Source of the DNA: Anolis carolinensis
Lineage: Eukaryota
Direction: 5' to 3'
DNA: 64,000 nucleotides
NCBI RefSeq assembly: GCF_035594765.1
Contig: NC_085845.1
Span: 159,480,897 to 159,544,896 of the forward strand
Made by a program: the position numbers and the translations under genes. The notes below the pieces were generated by a model. The model was given only the letters and a program-made list of their open reading frames with translations, had not been told where the DNA came from and ran no database searches. Of this stretch, positions 26,779 to 37,791 are shown one piece after another. The stretch's first letter is position 1, and every line of letters starts with the position of its first letter.

Positions 26779-27030
26779 TAGGCTTGAGCAATCCATGAAA
26801 AAATTGATCCTAAACTCGCTTCAAAAGTATGGGGCGCTAGCATTTCGTTTCTGATGTCATTTCTGAATTTTGTCTTCAAAAATTTCAAAATTTAATGAAA
26901 ATTCATACATTTCAAAAGTAATTCGTTAATGGTGGATGCGCATGCGCAGAGCCCAAAAAACAGCAGGCAATCATGGTTAGAAAAAATGTGAGTACTTCAT
27001 CTATGTCTTCCTGATTATTGAGAAAATAAA
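26779..27030 (+). mobile_element. Left end of the TAGG-terminal DNA transposon family
   Basis: taggcttgagcaat..ttcaaaagtatggggcgctagcatttcgtttct matches 41584-41655. Confidence 0.6.
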
Positions 27031-27449
27031 TCTTATTATTAGAGACATTTTGGCCCTACTTATATTAAATTTGCTGTTTTACTAATTATCTCTTTATAAC
27101 TTTTCATTTAAGTAAGTAATGTAATATTTACTCAGTTATCTAAACACATGAAGCAAATGATGTTATCAAAGGCAACATAATGAGATGCAGCATCAGTAAG
27201 AGACACTAAAGGTCATTTGCAAGGCAAAGAAAATGATTAATTATCAACCTCATAATGAACTTCAGAAGCTAAACATTAGACATAGGACATGTCAACCGAC
27301 AAGATTCTACATGGCCTTGGTAATTAAAGTAGCCATCACATATCTAAAATGGAACAGGTTCAGGGGGGTGGAAGAGAAACTTTATAATGTAAAAAAAGGA
27401 AAAGGTAAATGAGATGAATATAGACTTAGTGAGTTATACTTTGTGCATG

Positions 27450-27638
27450 CTTCTTTAATCTACTTTTTGACTTATGACAGCCTCATTTATTTCTTAAAGT
27501 TTGCATAGTCATAAAATACTCAGAGGTGGCTTGCCATTGCCATCATTCAATATATAGCCTTCAGCATCTGATATTCCTTGGTGACTCTTAATTAGCTTCC
27601 AAAATCAGATAGATCTAGTGCCTTCATGTTATTTAGGC
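27450..27638 (-). mobile_element. 5S rRNA-derived SINE (5S-Sauria-like), decayed
   Basis: ttagcttccaaaatcagatagatctagtgccttca resembles the reverse complement of 5S rRNA (ttagcttccgagatcagacgagatcgggcgcgttca), joined to a non-5S body. Confidence 0.6.
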
Positions 27639-28097
27639 CAGTAAAGTCTTACATTGTCCTATACTAAAATAGGGCTGGTTAGACAGTGAACCTAGTTAGT
27701 AATAGCTAACTTGAATAGAAACAAAATATGATTTAGACTGGAAAATCGAGGTCAATGTTAATAACTTTAGCTTCTTATTGAGAAAAGCTGGATGCAGTTT
27801 ATATGAGGTTTTCATTTTCTCCTTGTAGCCATCTATTTCTTTAATTTTTTTTGTTATCGTTCTATTTTTTTATTCCTTTTTCTTTGTTCAAAGAGGATTT
27901 TTTTCATTCTGTTCTTGCTTGGGTTCCTCTTTCTTTTTTCTTCAATTTATTTTTCTTGTTTGTTTGTGTGCCTCTTTTACTTTTTTACATTTTGAGTAAT
28001 TTTGTATCAATTCAAAATACCATATCTCATTTTGTAATACACTTTTATCCCTTCTTGGGTTTAAAAAAGGAAGTTTGACTCTTATGTGGTTGAAAAA

Positions 28098-28264
28098 GTG
28101 CCTCCTTTAGCTATGGCACCTCATTCATCCGCACACGCACACACCTGCTTCCATTCACCTATGGCGCTTCATTCACCCACTTTTGTACTCAATGAAGTAA
28201 AGTGCCATAGTTGGAAGGAGAGTGGGTGCATGGGTGAGTGAGGCACTGTACTTGAAAGGAGGCA
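28098..28264. repeat. Imperfect inverted repeat built of ~45-bp subunits (foldback element remnant)
   Basis: tgcctcctttagctatggcacctcattcatcc versus gggtgagtgaggcactgtacttgaaaggaggca; the subunit recurs at ~28780 after an L1 fragment. Confidence 0.6.
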
Positions 28265-28299
28265 GTTGGGTACACAGGTGAGTGGTAAGGGCAGCATTA

Positions 28300-28760
28300 G
28301 TGAATATATGATAGAATATATGAAAATATAATATAGAAGCTGCACAAAAAACTATAGCTCTGGGTTGGAAAGAGCATAGAAAATGGGAATTAGAATAAAT
28401 GGTTTGATATTTAGCAGACTACATGCTCCAGGATTACATTTTTGAAAGGAGAATTAAATACACAACAGGCCGTATCAAGAAGAATTGGAACTCAAAATGG
28501 GGAATTTTGACAGATAGAGTAAAAGGAAAAAGAAACAAGAATTGAATCATACTCTCTTCACAACTGATCAATTAAAATAACACTTTAATCAAGGATACAA
28601 CTGTTCCTGAGGGTTGGGGGTGAGAAGGGAGGGAGGGGAGAAAAATATTACTTTGAGAGAAAATGTAAGTGGAATATCATTATTTGTTTGATCTATTTAA
28701 CTTTGCAGAATTGTTATTGAGATTTGTATGATTCTACTTGTGTTTACAATAATTAAAAAT
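28300..28760 (+). mobile_element. L1 3'-end fragment, same family as 7279-9593
   Basis: atgctccaggattacat, aaaatggggaa, tgatcaattaaaataa and tgtttacaataa are shared with 9190-9580. Confidence 0.8.
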
Positions 28761-30369
28761 GGTTCAAGAAGGGGGTTCCATGGGTGAGTAAAGTGCCATA
28801 ACTGAAATAAGGTGGGTGGATGAAACTGTAGTTTGTATAGTGCAGCAAGACCCATGGAGAGGGAAGCACAGTGTCTTCTCTATGCTAGCTACCATGTTTT
28901 CAGCAGGGAGGCTATCTTCCCACACTAGCAACAGTATATGCAGGTTGTCTGCCAGAAGTATGTTGAGGCGATAAATGAAGGTTGTGACTATTATGTCGTA
29001 AAAGCAAAAAATAGCAATTTGAGGAGGGGAGGGGGGAAAGGTTTGGGTATAACTATTATATTTACATGGTAAATATCAATGGAATATATATCTAACAATG
29101 ATATGAACTAATAAAATAGTTTGTAATGTTTGTTGTTCGATATAAAATGAAAATTAAACTGATAATGTGTCAAATATGTGTTAATAAGGAAAAGTTATCC
29201 GAGAGAGAGAGAAAGACAAATGTATTAGTGTACCAGGGATGTTTCCTAAGTATGTTCTGTCTGTGTGCATATGCAAGTTGTCCACAGCCATTGATTCTTT
29301 ATTGTGTTTGTGCTTTGGTATTACTCTATCTGGATGGCTCACACTTTTTTCTTCCTTCAGTATATAATCCTAGAGTACCAAAGATTAAATTGGAAAGATG
29401 ATAAAAAGGGAAAACTGAAGTTGCCTTCTATTATATTTGGCTAAGTGATAACACAATAGAAGTAATGAAAGACAACTGAGAATAAGCATAATACCTTCTG
29501 AACTATCATTGGTCTCACTTTGAATGGATGAAATCATTTCATCCCTTCTCAGAACAGCTGTTGGGTTAAAACAAATATTTAATCCCATCTAGAGCAGCCC
29601 TATCAGAATCAATAGGACTTAAATCAGTTATGACTAATACATCCAATTAATTTCAGTATCTAAAAACTACCCTTTTAGATGGTCTCGATTATATAGTTGA
29701 AATTGCTAATGATATCCGATAATCATATAATTTAGAAAAAGACAAATTTCTCCAAGACTACCTGCAATTACTTTGTAAAATTCTGGTGAATGGGGATAGT
29801 AAAAGCCCAAACATTCAATACTTAATTCAAAAGAATGTCCTGCTGAATTTTTGACCTGGATAGATTCCCCACTTGCTGCAATCTATGCATTCTTCAACTC
29901 ATACAGAGATAAATTGTCTATACTCTGAAAAAAGCACATTCTCTGTATAAACTTAAAATATAATAAATTGTCTCCTAAATCTTTGTTATTTTCTTCTAGA
30001 ATCAAATATGTGGCAATCTCTTCAGACGTATTATCCAATAATGTATGAAGCAGAGCAAGAAATTTTTATCTATAAAATTTTTAGCATGAATAGCTGAGCA
30101 CAGAAAATGGAGACTTAGGAAAGCAATTTGTACTTTGATAAAAAAAACACATACACACAAAAAGATGCTGGCGTCATCTCCTATTTTATTTAGAAGAAGC
30201 CAAAATTAAAGGGAAACTACTTCTAGTAAACTTGACTACTACTGTGTCCTCTCCAACCCTCTGATTCGCTAATGCTCAAAGTTTTTATGTGCATCCAGGT
30301 AGTTCTATTACATCTGTCTAATGTTCTCGTTGCACTTACTTTGTGCTTAAAACTCTAAGAACAAATTAG

Positions 30370-30602
30370 GGACCCTTACACACAGCTGTATGAAATCCAC
30401 ATTGAACTGGATTATATGGCAGTGTGGACTCAGGGCCCTTCCACACAGCTATATAACCCAGAATATCAAGGCAGAAAATCCCACAATATCTGCTTTGAAT
30501 TGGGTTATCTGAGTCCACATTGCCATATAATCCAGTTCAAAGCAGATATTGTGTGATTTCCTGCCTTGATATTCTGGATTATATGGTTGTGTGGAGAGGC
30601 CC
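30370..30602. mobile_element. PIF/Harbinger MITE with a duplicated left end
   Basis: Palindromic core 30433-30602 (gggcccttccacacag / ttgtgtggagaggccc) plus an extra left TIR copy at 30370; flanked by tag / tag. Confidence 0.85.
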
Positions 30603-30985
30603 TAGGTTGTATTTCGTTATCTTATATCACCAACTGCTTAATGCATTATATATCCAATGCACAGTACAGTATACCCTAAGGCACCTTCTGCCATATAATC
30701 CAGTTTAAACCAGATAATATGGATTTTATATGGCAGTGTAGAATGGGTCTAGGGGCCCATCCAGACAGGGGCCCAAGCACGTGCGCTTTTACTGGAGGTG
30801 TCCAAACGACGCCTCCAGTAAAAGTGAATTCATTCAGGACAGAGCAGGAAAACCCTGCTTTGTCCTGATTTAATTTGATACTGGATTAGACCAGGGTCTT
30901 CCTGAAAGACTCGGGTCTAACCCAGTATGGGCCCTGTGTGGACTGCCTCCTCAGTAGTCCTGGGACATATGCACAGCTCTCTTGG

Positions 30986-32005
30986 TATTGAATTCCAGAT
31001 CTGGGACCCCTCTAATCTTAAACACCACATCAGCTGAGTATTATCAGCAAGTAGTTTATTGAATAATATATAAAATCCAAGCAATAAAAATTATACAAAA
31101 AGTATAGTTCAAAAGGTTATTTATTTATTTATTTATTATTTACAGTATTTATATTCCACCCTTCTCACCCCGAAGGGGACTCAGGGCGGATCACATTACA
31201 CATATAAGGCAAACATTCAATGCCTTGACATAGAACAAAGACAGAAGACAAACGCAGGCTCCGAGCTGGCCTCGAACTCATGACCTCTTGGTCAGAGTGA
31301 TTGGTCTCAGCTGGCTGCAGCTGGCTGCTCACCAGCTTGTGCCACAGTTATCTTCAAAATATAAAAATTAGTCCATAGCTTTCAAGGTACAAAGATAAAA
31401 CATAAGGTACAAGGTTGCAAAATCCAGAAGAACAAGGCAGCATAAAATCCTAATACTCATAATAGTAATTCAGCAAAACTGGAACCATGGGATTAAAAAT
31501 CCACTTGGAATCACAGAATGGGAACTAGGCAAGACTGAAATCATGAAACTAGAAAACCATTTGGAAACAAGACTGACATGAATAATCAACATTGACCACA
31601 TTGAGGTAAAAAGCATTCCCTTATCTCTTTCAAAGCTTTTCCTGTCTCATGCAGCGAAAAAAACACATTCCATTTCACTTTCTCACCAGATAATGATTTA
31701 CTTTCACTTTCTCCTGAAAGCGGGTTGACCTTCGATGGACCTGTGAACTCTCCCTTTGTTTACAAAAATCTTGTCATCTATCTTCAATCTCATTAACTTC
31801 TGCACCTGACAAATCATCTTGAGAAAACTGATTCTCATAGGAAACCTGTGGAGGGCCGCTCTCACGAATGTGACTTTGAACATCCTCCCTCTGTTCGATA
31901 AGTTCAGATTCAAAGCAGGGCCTGTCAACAGGCTCAAAGTCAGGCCTGTCAAGAAAACTATCATCCCCACTACCATCAGACACTATCACAGGCTGGACTA
32001 CAATA
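30986..32005 (-). mobile_element. Solo LTR (Gypsy-like) with 5-bp TSD
   Basis: TSD cttgg at 30981-30985 and 32006-32010; inverted ends tattg / caata; minus-strand aataaa ~70 bp from the end. Removing it restores a host hairpin. Confidence 0.75.
31121..31346 (-). mobile_element. AnolisSINE2-like SINE (tRNA head, L2 tail) nested in the solo LTR
   Basis: Minus-strand head ctgtggcacaagctggt..gagttcgagg (A/B box), L2-type tail gggtggaatataaatactgtaaata(aata)n, TSD gttat. Confidence 0.85.
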
Positions 32006-32323
32006 CTTGGGTTTTCCAGGCTGAATCAGCCTAGAAAACCCAGAGGGCACTAACCCCCTCGCCAAAACCCCTTAAAAACCCTTTCAAAAGAAAATTACTT
32101 TCCTGGTTGCAATTGCCCTGCTGCTAGACCTCTCCTGACAGATCATTTCTAAATGCCAGGAGAAGTCCAGCAGCAGGGAAATGGCAACTGGATAAGTTAC
32201 TTTCTTTTTTCTTTTTTTTAGGGTTTTAAGGAGTTTTGTGGAGAGGGTGTGGGTGTCTCCCTGCCCTCCTAGAAGTTTCCGGGAGGGCATCTACACCCAA
32301 CAGCAAAAGTGTGGGTTTTCAGG

Positions 32324-33260
32324 GTACAGTATACAGGGTTGCAACCTGTGTTGGATGGGGTCACACTCCCCCTGAAGACACAGGTTCGCAGTCTGGGGGT
32401 TCTCTTGGACTCATCGCTGAGCCTGGAACCCCAGGTTTCGAAGGTGGCCAGGGGAGCGTTTGCACAACTTAGATTTGTGCCCCAGCTGCGCCCATACCTT
32501 GGGAAGATGGACTTGGCCACGGTGGTCCACGCTCTGGTTACATCCCGCTTGGACTACTACAACACTCTCTACATGGGGTTGCCTTTGAAGACAGCCTGGA
32601 AGCTTCAACTAGTTCAACAAGCGGCAGCCAGATTAATAACTGGAGCAGCATACAGGGAGCGTACCACCCCCCTGCTAAGCCAGCTCCACTGGCTGCCAAT
32701 ATGCTACTGAGCCCAATTCAAATTGCTGGACCTATAAAGCCCTAAACGGTTCTGGCCCAAACTACTTGTCTAAATGTATCTCCTCCTATGAACCAACTAG
32801 GGTGTTAAGATCATCTGGAGAGGCCCTGCTCTCGGTCCCACCTGCCTCGCAGGCGCGGCTGGTGGGAGAGAGGGACAGGGCCTTCTTGGTGGTGGCTCCA
32901 TGGCTGTGGAATGCCCTCCCCAGTAATGTTCGACAAGCTCCGACTCTCCTAGGTTTTAGGAAAGCCGTGAAGACATGGCTATGTACTCAAGCATTAGAGG
33001 AGTAACATCTGAGGTTGATATGACATGAATCAAAGCGTATGCGAAGGTGTTAGTGGACGAACTTAACTATATATGAATTTTAAATTTTATAATTCATGGT
33101 TTAATAGAGTTTAATTAGAGTTTTAATTAATGCGGCACTTTTTTATTGTTTATGGATTCTGTTACTGTTTTATTGAATGTATTTTGGGCAATATAATTGC
33201 TGACTGTTGTAAGTCCCTCCGGGTGAGAAGGGCGGGGTAAAAGTGATGTAAATAAATACA
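32324..33260 (+). mobile_element. 5'-truncated L2 LINE with 8-bp TSD
   Basis: TSD ttttcagg at 32316-32323 and 33261-33268. Motifs LVTSRLDYYN, LQLVQQAAARL, LHWLP, RAF.V.AP.LWNALP, F..AVKTWL; tail gggtgagaagggcggggtaaaa..aaataaata. Confidence 0.93.
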
Positions 33261-33466
33261 TTTTCAGGCCAATGTGGGGACAGAAGTCCACTCTGTCCTG
33301 GATTTTTTAAACCTGGGTCGAAGCAGACTTTTTTCCTATGTGACCCCATTAAATTCCATCACTGGAATTTAACCATTGAGGGCTATAACCTCTTTCACAG
33401 AAATAGAACAAAGGGGAGAGGAGGGGGGTAGCTTTATATGTCAAAAACAGTTACGTTGCAGAAGAA

Positions 33467-34129
33467 ATGCAAGACTGTAATCCGGGAAACCAGCTTGAAA
33501 GCATCTGGATAAGAATCAAGGGAACTGGGACTCAAAAAGATCTTGTCGTGGGTGTCTACTACAGACCTCCGAGTCAGAATGAAGAACTTGATGAAGCCTT
33601 CTGTCAACAGCTGACCAAACAGGCACAAAGAAGAGATATAGTAGTCATGGGCGATTTCAATTATCCCGATATCTGCTGGAAAACAAACTCAGCCAAGAGT
33701 ACAAAGTCCAACAAATTCCTCACTTGCCTTGCAGATAATTTTATGGTCCAGAAGGTAGAAGAGGCAACAAGGGGATCAGCAACTCTTGATCTAATCTTAA
33801 CAAATGTGGAAGACCTGATCAATACAGTTGAAGTGGCTGGATCCTTAGGGGCAAGTGACCATGTGCTCCTGCAGTTTGCAATACAAAGGAATGCTGAAAC
33901 TAAGACAAGTCAAACACGCTTTCTGGACTTTAAGAGAGCTGACTTCCAAAAAATGAAGGAATTACTAAGCGGCATTCCATGGACGCCGATATTAAAAAAC
34001 AAGGGAGTTAAGGATGGATGGGAGTTTTTCAAAAGTGAAATACTCAAGGCACAAATGCAAACAGTGCCAACAAAGAAGAAAATAAGACAAGTGCAAAGAA
34101 GCCAGAATGGATGTCCAAAGAACTTCTAA
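33467..34129 (+). pseudogene. CR1 ORF2 APE-like endonuclease region (frameshifted from the RT part)
   Basis: VGVYYRPP, MGDFNYPDI, LDLIL and GASDH motifs; frameshift in the A-rich stretch at ~34075-34085. Confidence 0.92.
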
Positions 34130-36000
34130 CTGAGCTAAAGCTCAAAAGTGACATGCACAAGAAGTGGAAAAGGGGAGAAATCACCAAAGAAGAATTCAAA
34201 CGTATAGCCAACACCTGTAGGGAAAAGGTTCGCAAGGCTAAAGCGCAAAATGAGCTCAGGCTTGCCAGGGACATAAAAAACAACAAAAAAGGCTTTTTTG
34301 CTTACGTTGGTAGAAAAAGGAAGAAAAAGGAGGCAATAGGGCCATTGCAAGGAGAAGATGGGGTGATGGCGACAGGGGACAGGGAAAAGGCAGAACTACT
34401 TAATGCCTTCTTTGCCTCGGTCTTCTCACAAAAAGAAAGCCATCTTCAACCTCAGCAACATGGAATGGACGAAGGATTGGGGGAAATCCAACCCCAAATA
34501 GGGAAACAAGTTGTCCAGGAACACCTGGCCACTCTAAACGAATTCAAGTCCCCAGGGCCAGACCAGCTACATCCAGGAGTACTGAAGGAACTAGCGGAAG
34601 TTATTTCAGAACAACTGGCAATTATCTTCGAGAGTTCTTGGAGAACGGGAGAAGTCCCAGCAGATTGGAGGAGGGCGAATGTGGTCCCTATCTTCAAGAA
34701 GGGAAAAAAGAACGACCCAAACAATTACCGTCCGGTCAGCCTCACATCAATACCAGGCAAAATTCTGGAAAAGATCATTAAGGAAGTGGTCTGCGAACAC
34801 TTAGAAACAAATGCGGTCATTGCTAATAGTCAACACGGATTTACCAAAAACAAGTCATGCCAGACTAATCTGATCTCTTTTTTCGATAGAGTTACGAGTT
34901 GGGTCGATACAGGGAATGCCGTGGATGTAGCGTACCTGGATTTCAGTAAGGCCTTCGACAAAGTCCCCCACGACCTTCTGGCAAACAAACTAGTAAAATG
35001 TGGGCTAGACAAAACTACGGTTAGGTGGATCTGTAATTGGCTAAGCGAACGAACCCAAAGGGTGCTCACCAATGCGTCGTCTTCATCATGGAAAGAAGTG
35101 ACAAGTGGAGTGCCGCAGGGCTCCGTCCTGGGCCCGGTTCTGTTCAACATCTTTATTAACGACTTAGACGAAGGGTTAGAAGGCACGATCATCAAGTTTG
35201 CAGACGACACAAAACTGGGAGGGATAGCTAACACTCCAGAAGACAGGAGCAGAATTCAAAACGATCTTGACAGACTAGAGAGATGGGCCGAAACTAACAA
35301 AATGAAGTTCAACAGGGACAAATGCAAGATACTTCACTTCGGCAGAAAAAATGGAAATCAAAGATACAGAATGGGGGACGCCTGGCTTGACAGCAGTGTG
35401 TGCGAAAAAGACCTTGGAGTCCTTGTGGACAACAAATTAAACATGAGCCAACAATGTGATGCGGCTGCTAAAAAAGCCAATGGGATTCTGGCCTGCATCA
35501 ATAGGGGAATAGCGTCTAGATCCAGGGAAGTTATGCTCCCCCTCTATTCTGCCTTGGTCAGACCACACCTGGAATACTGTGTCCAATTTTGGGCACCACA
35601 GTTGAAGGGAGATGTTGACAAGCTGGAAAGCGTCCAGAGGAGGGCGACTAAAATGATTAAGGGTCTGGAGAACAAGCCCTATGAGGAGCGGCTTAAAGAG
35701 CTGGGCATGTTTAGCCTGCAGAAGAGAAGGCTGAGAGGAGACATGATAGCCATGTACAAATACGTGAAGGGAAGTCAAAGGGAGGAGGGAGCAAGCTTGT
35801 TTTCTGCTGCCCTGCAGACTAGGACACGGAACAATGGCTTCAAACTACAGGAAAGGAGATTCCACTTGAACATCAGGAAGAACTTCCTCACTGTGAGAGC
35901 TGTTCGACAGTGGAACTCTCTCCCCGGGGCCGTGGTGGAGGCTCCTTCTTTGGAGGCTTTTAAGCAGAGGCTGGATGGCCATCTGTCGGGGGTGCTTTGA
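34111..36000 (+). CDS. CR1 ORF2 reverse transcriptase portion (629-aa open frame, not autonomous)
   Basis: [58 protein letters not shown]. Confidence 0.93.
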   Translation: MSKELLTELKLKSDMHKKWKRGEITKEEFKRIANTCREKVRKAKAQNELRLARDIKNNKKGFFAYVGRKRKKKEAIGPLQGEDGVMATGDREKAELLNAFFASVFSQKESHLQPQQHGMDEGLGEIQPQIGKQVVQEHLATLNEFKSPGPDQLHPGVLKELAEVISEQLAIIFESSWRTGEVPADWRRANVVPIFKKGKKNDPNNYRPVSLTSIPGKILEKIIKEVVCEHLETNAVIANSQHGFTKNKSCQTNLISFFDRVTSWVDTGNAVDVAYLDFSKAFDKVPHDLLANKLVKCGLDKTTVRWICNWLSERTQRVLTNASSSSWKEVTSGVPQGSVLGPVLFNIFINDLDEGLEGTIIKFADDTKLGGIANTPEDRSRIQNDLDRLERWAETNKMKFNRDKCKILHFGRKNGNQRYRMGDAWLDSSVCEKDLGVLVDNKLNMSQQCDAAAKKANGILACINRGIASRSREVMLPLYSALVRPHLEYCVQFWAPQLKGDVDKLESVQRRATKMIKGLENKPYEERLKELGMFSLQKRRLRGDMIAMYKYVKGSQREEGASLFSAALQTRTRNNGFKLQERRFHLNIRKNFLTVRAVRQWNSLPGAVVEAPSLEAFKQRLDGHLSGVL

Positions 36001-37767
36001 ATGCGATTTCCTGCTTCTTAGCAGGGGGTTGGACTGGATGGCCCATGTGGTCTCTTCCAACTCTACTATTCTATGATTCTATGATTCTATGATTCTATGT
36101 GAAACTGGTCTAGATTAACTGGAACTCAAGCAACTGGAGCTCTCTAAAAACTGGCAAAAATTGAAATACAATCAAACTTTTAGTTAACTTTGTCTTAATT
36201 TGTTTTAATTTGCTTTTAATTTCAAAATGAATATTACATCAATACAGAGTTTATGGTATGATATTACATGGGGTATAGTATCAGACCTATTTTTAGTAAT
36301 AACTCTAAGGTAACCAAAAACAACATTTATCCATCATCTACCAATCCTCATGGATGCAAGTTAACTAAAAGACTACTGTACATATAGTTGAGAACTTGTG
36401 AATAAATCTTGCATATGAATTACCTAAATGGCACAGGCGTTAGGTAAATGGGAAAGGCTGAATATTAACCAATCCCTTGTGATTGAGGAATCTTTGTCCT
36501 TTTGTCTACATCCCATTTCCTTCCCTAGAAACACCAATAACAGAAAATATAATTCTAAAAATGCAGACTGCGTCCTCCCCAGAAAGAGAAAGTGTATTGC
36601 CATGATAATAGACTATACTCCATAGGCAGTGAAGGCAGGCAATCCTGTCATGGAACTGGCAAAAGTTGAGCGTGTATCATCCAGTGCAGCTCAGTTCATC
36701 TCTTTAGCATCATAGATCAAAATACCAAATACTTGCATGAAACAAAACACACCCAGCTCAATTTAAAAAGAATAGCAACAAGTTAATTAGAAGAGCTGAT
36801 CCAATTTACAATGGGATATAAAATTTGCAGTTCAGGCCATGCCATCACTGCAAATGATCCGCTCCAATGTTCTCTTACTGATCTCGTCCATACTTCTGCT
36901 TTCATTGATACCCTGAGTATGATTTCTGACTGACTTTGGTTTGTTATGATCTGTTCTTGTGTACTGAAGGTGCACTTGCACGTTTCACTGTATGATATCA
37001 GTATTCTCCTATCACAACTATCTGAATGCTTCCAACCTGAAACAATAGGCTTGCAGGGGTAAGTTCAGTCAAGCTTTTGCTAACAACCAAGTGGCTCTTA
37101 CCGCATATTAAGATGTGCCAGGAAGCGCTCTGGGCAAGAAACAATGGTTGCTTCATAGCATCATACTAGAAATGTATTACAGAGCTGACATATATGTTTC
37201 AAGTGGCAGCTGGGTTTGTGTTTTCAATGAGCTATGCAAGAATCTGAACAACTCCCACTGACATTGACCCTTACATTCTGACAAAAAAAATGCAGGAAAC
37301 GTGGGAGGGGGGCATACTTGAAGAGTCAATCCCGTTTCTAAGCATTTCAACAAGAGCAATTTATTTTGCAAGTATTTTAGCATGCCTTGGAGGTCCTAGC
37401 TGTTTCTGCTTGGTTTGAGGTTTATTTCCTCATGGGGAGGAGGATACAGGAAAGAGAGAATGCAAGCAGACAAGTATATCTGTTAACTATATCCTTCAGG
37501 GTGATCACAAGTTTCACAGAGGGTGAACATGGCACACAAAATGAAATAGAATTAAATAAACTGACAAATAATAACACTTCTGCCTGTTTAAAATGCATGA
37601 ACCTATAAGGAAAAAATGGATCTAAAGCAGGAATGAGCATCTCCATCACGTATAGGGACCAATTTTGCCCCAGGTTGCATCTTCTCCTTCCACAGAAAGC
37701 CTATATACTTGCATTTCCTTCTGTAATTGACCTCAAAATGATAATCAGAAGTAGCTTTGCATCTCAC

Positions 37768-37791
37768 CTTGTTGCTCTTTGAGACAGATTA
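37768..37791 (-). other. Candidate 24-nt microexon
   Basis: ctattttttcttag|TAATCTGTCTCAAAGAGCAACAAG|gtgaga: strong acceptor and donor, length divisible by 3, in a TE-poor block. Confidence 0.3.

Larger units (their letters stand above)
33344..36094 (+). mobile_element. Young 5'-truncated CR1 LINE (near-complete ORF2, 3' UTR, (ATTCTATG)n tail)
   Basis: APE and RT domains, octamer tail, CpGs retained, TSD ctatgtga at 33336-33343 and 36095-36102. Confidence 0.97.
30753..36110. mobile_element. ~630-bp multi-hairpin host element (probably Harbinger-like) interrupted by three retroelement insertions
   Basis: Host pieces 30753-30985, 32011-32323, 33269-33343 and 36103-36110 rejoin at the TSDs. Flanked by tag / tag with weak TIRs; at least 7 internal hairpins. 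Confidence 0.65.

Noticed and set aside
27560-27638. 5S rRNA gene
   Set aside because: Heavily diverged, partly deleted and fused to a SINE body.
33467-36000. Domesticated or autonomous RT gene
   Set aside because: 5'-truncated with no ORF1 or promoter, frameshifted, and has a TSD and tail typical of an ordinary CR1 copy.
34044-36060. Several minus-strand ORFs
   Set aside because: Antisense shadows of the CR1 ORF2.
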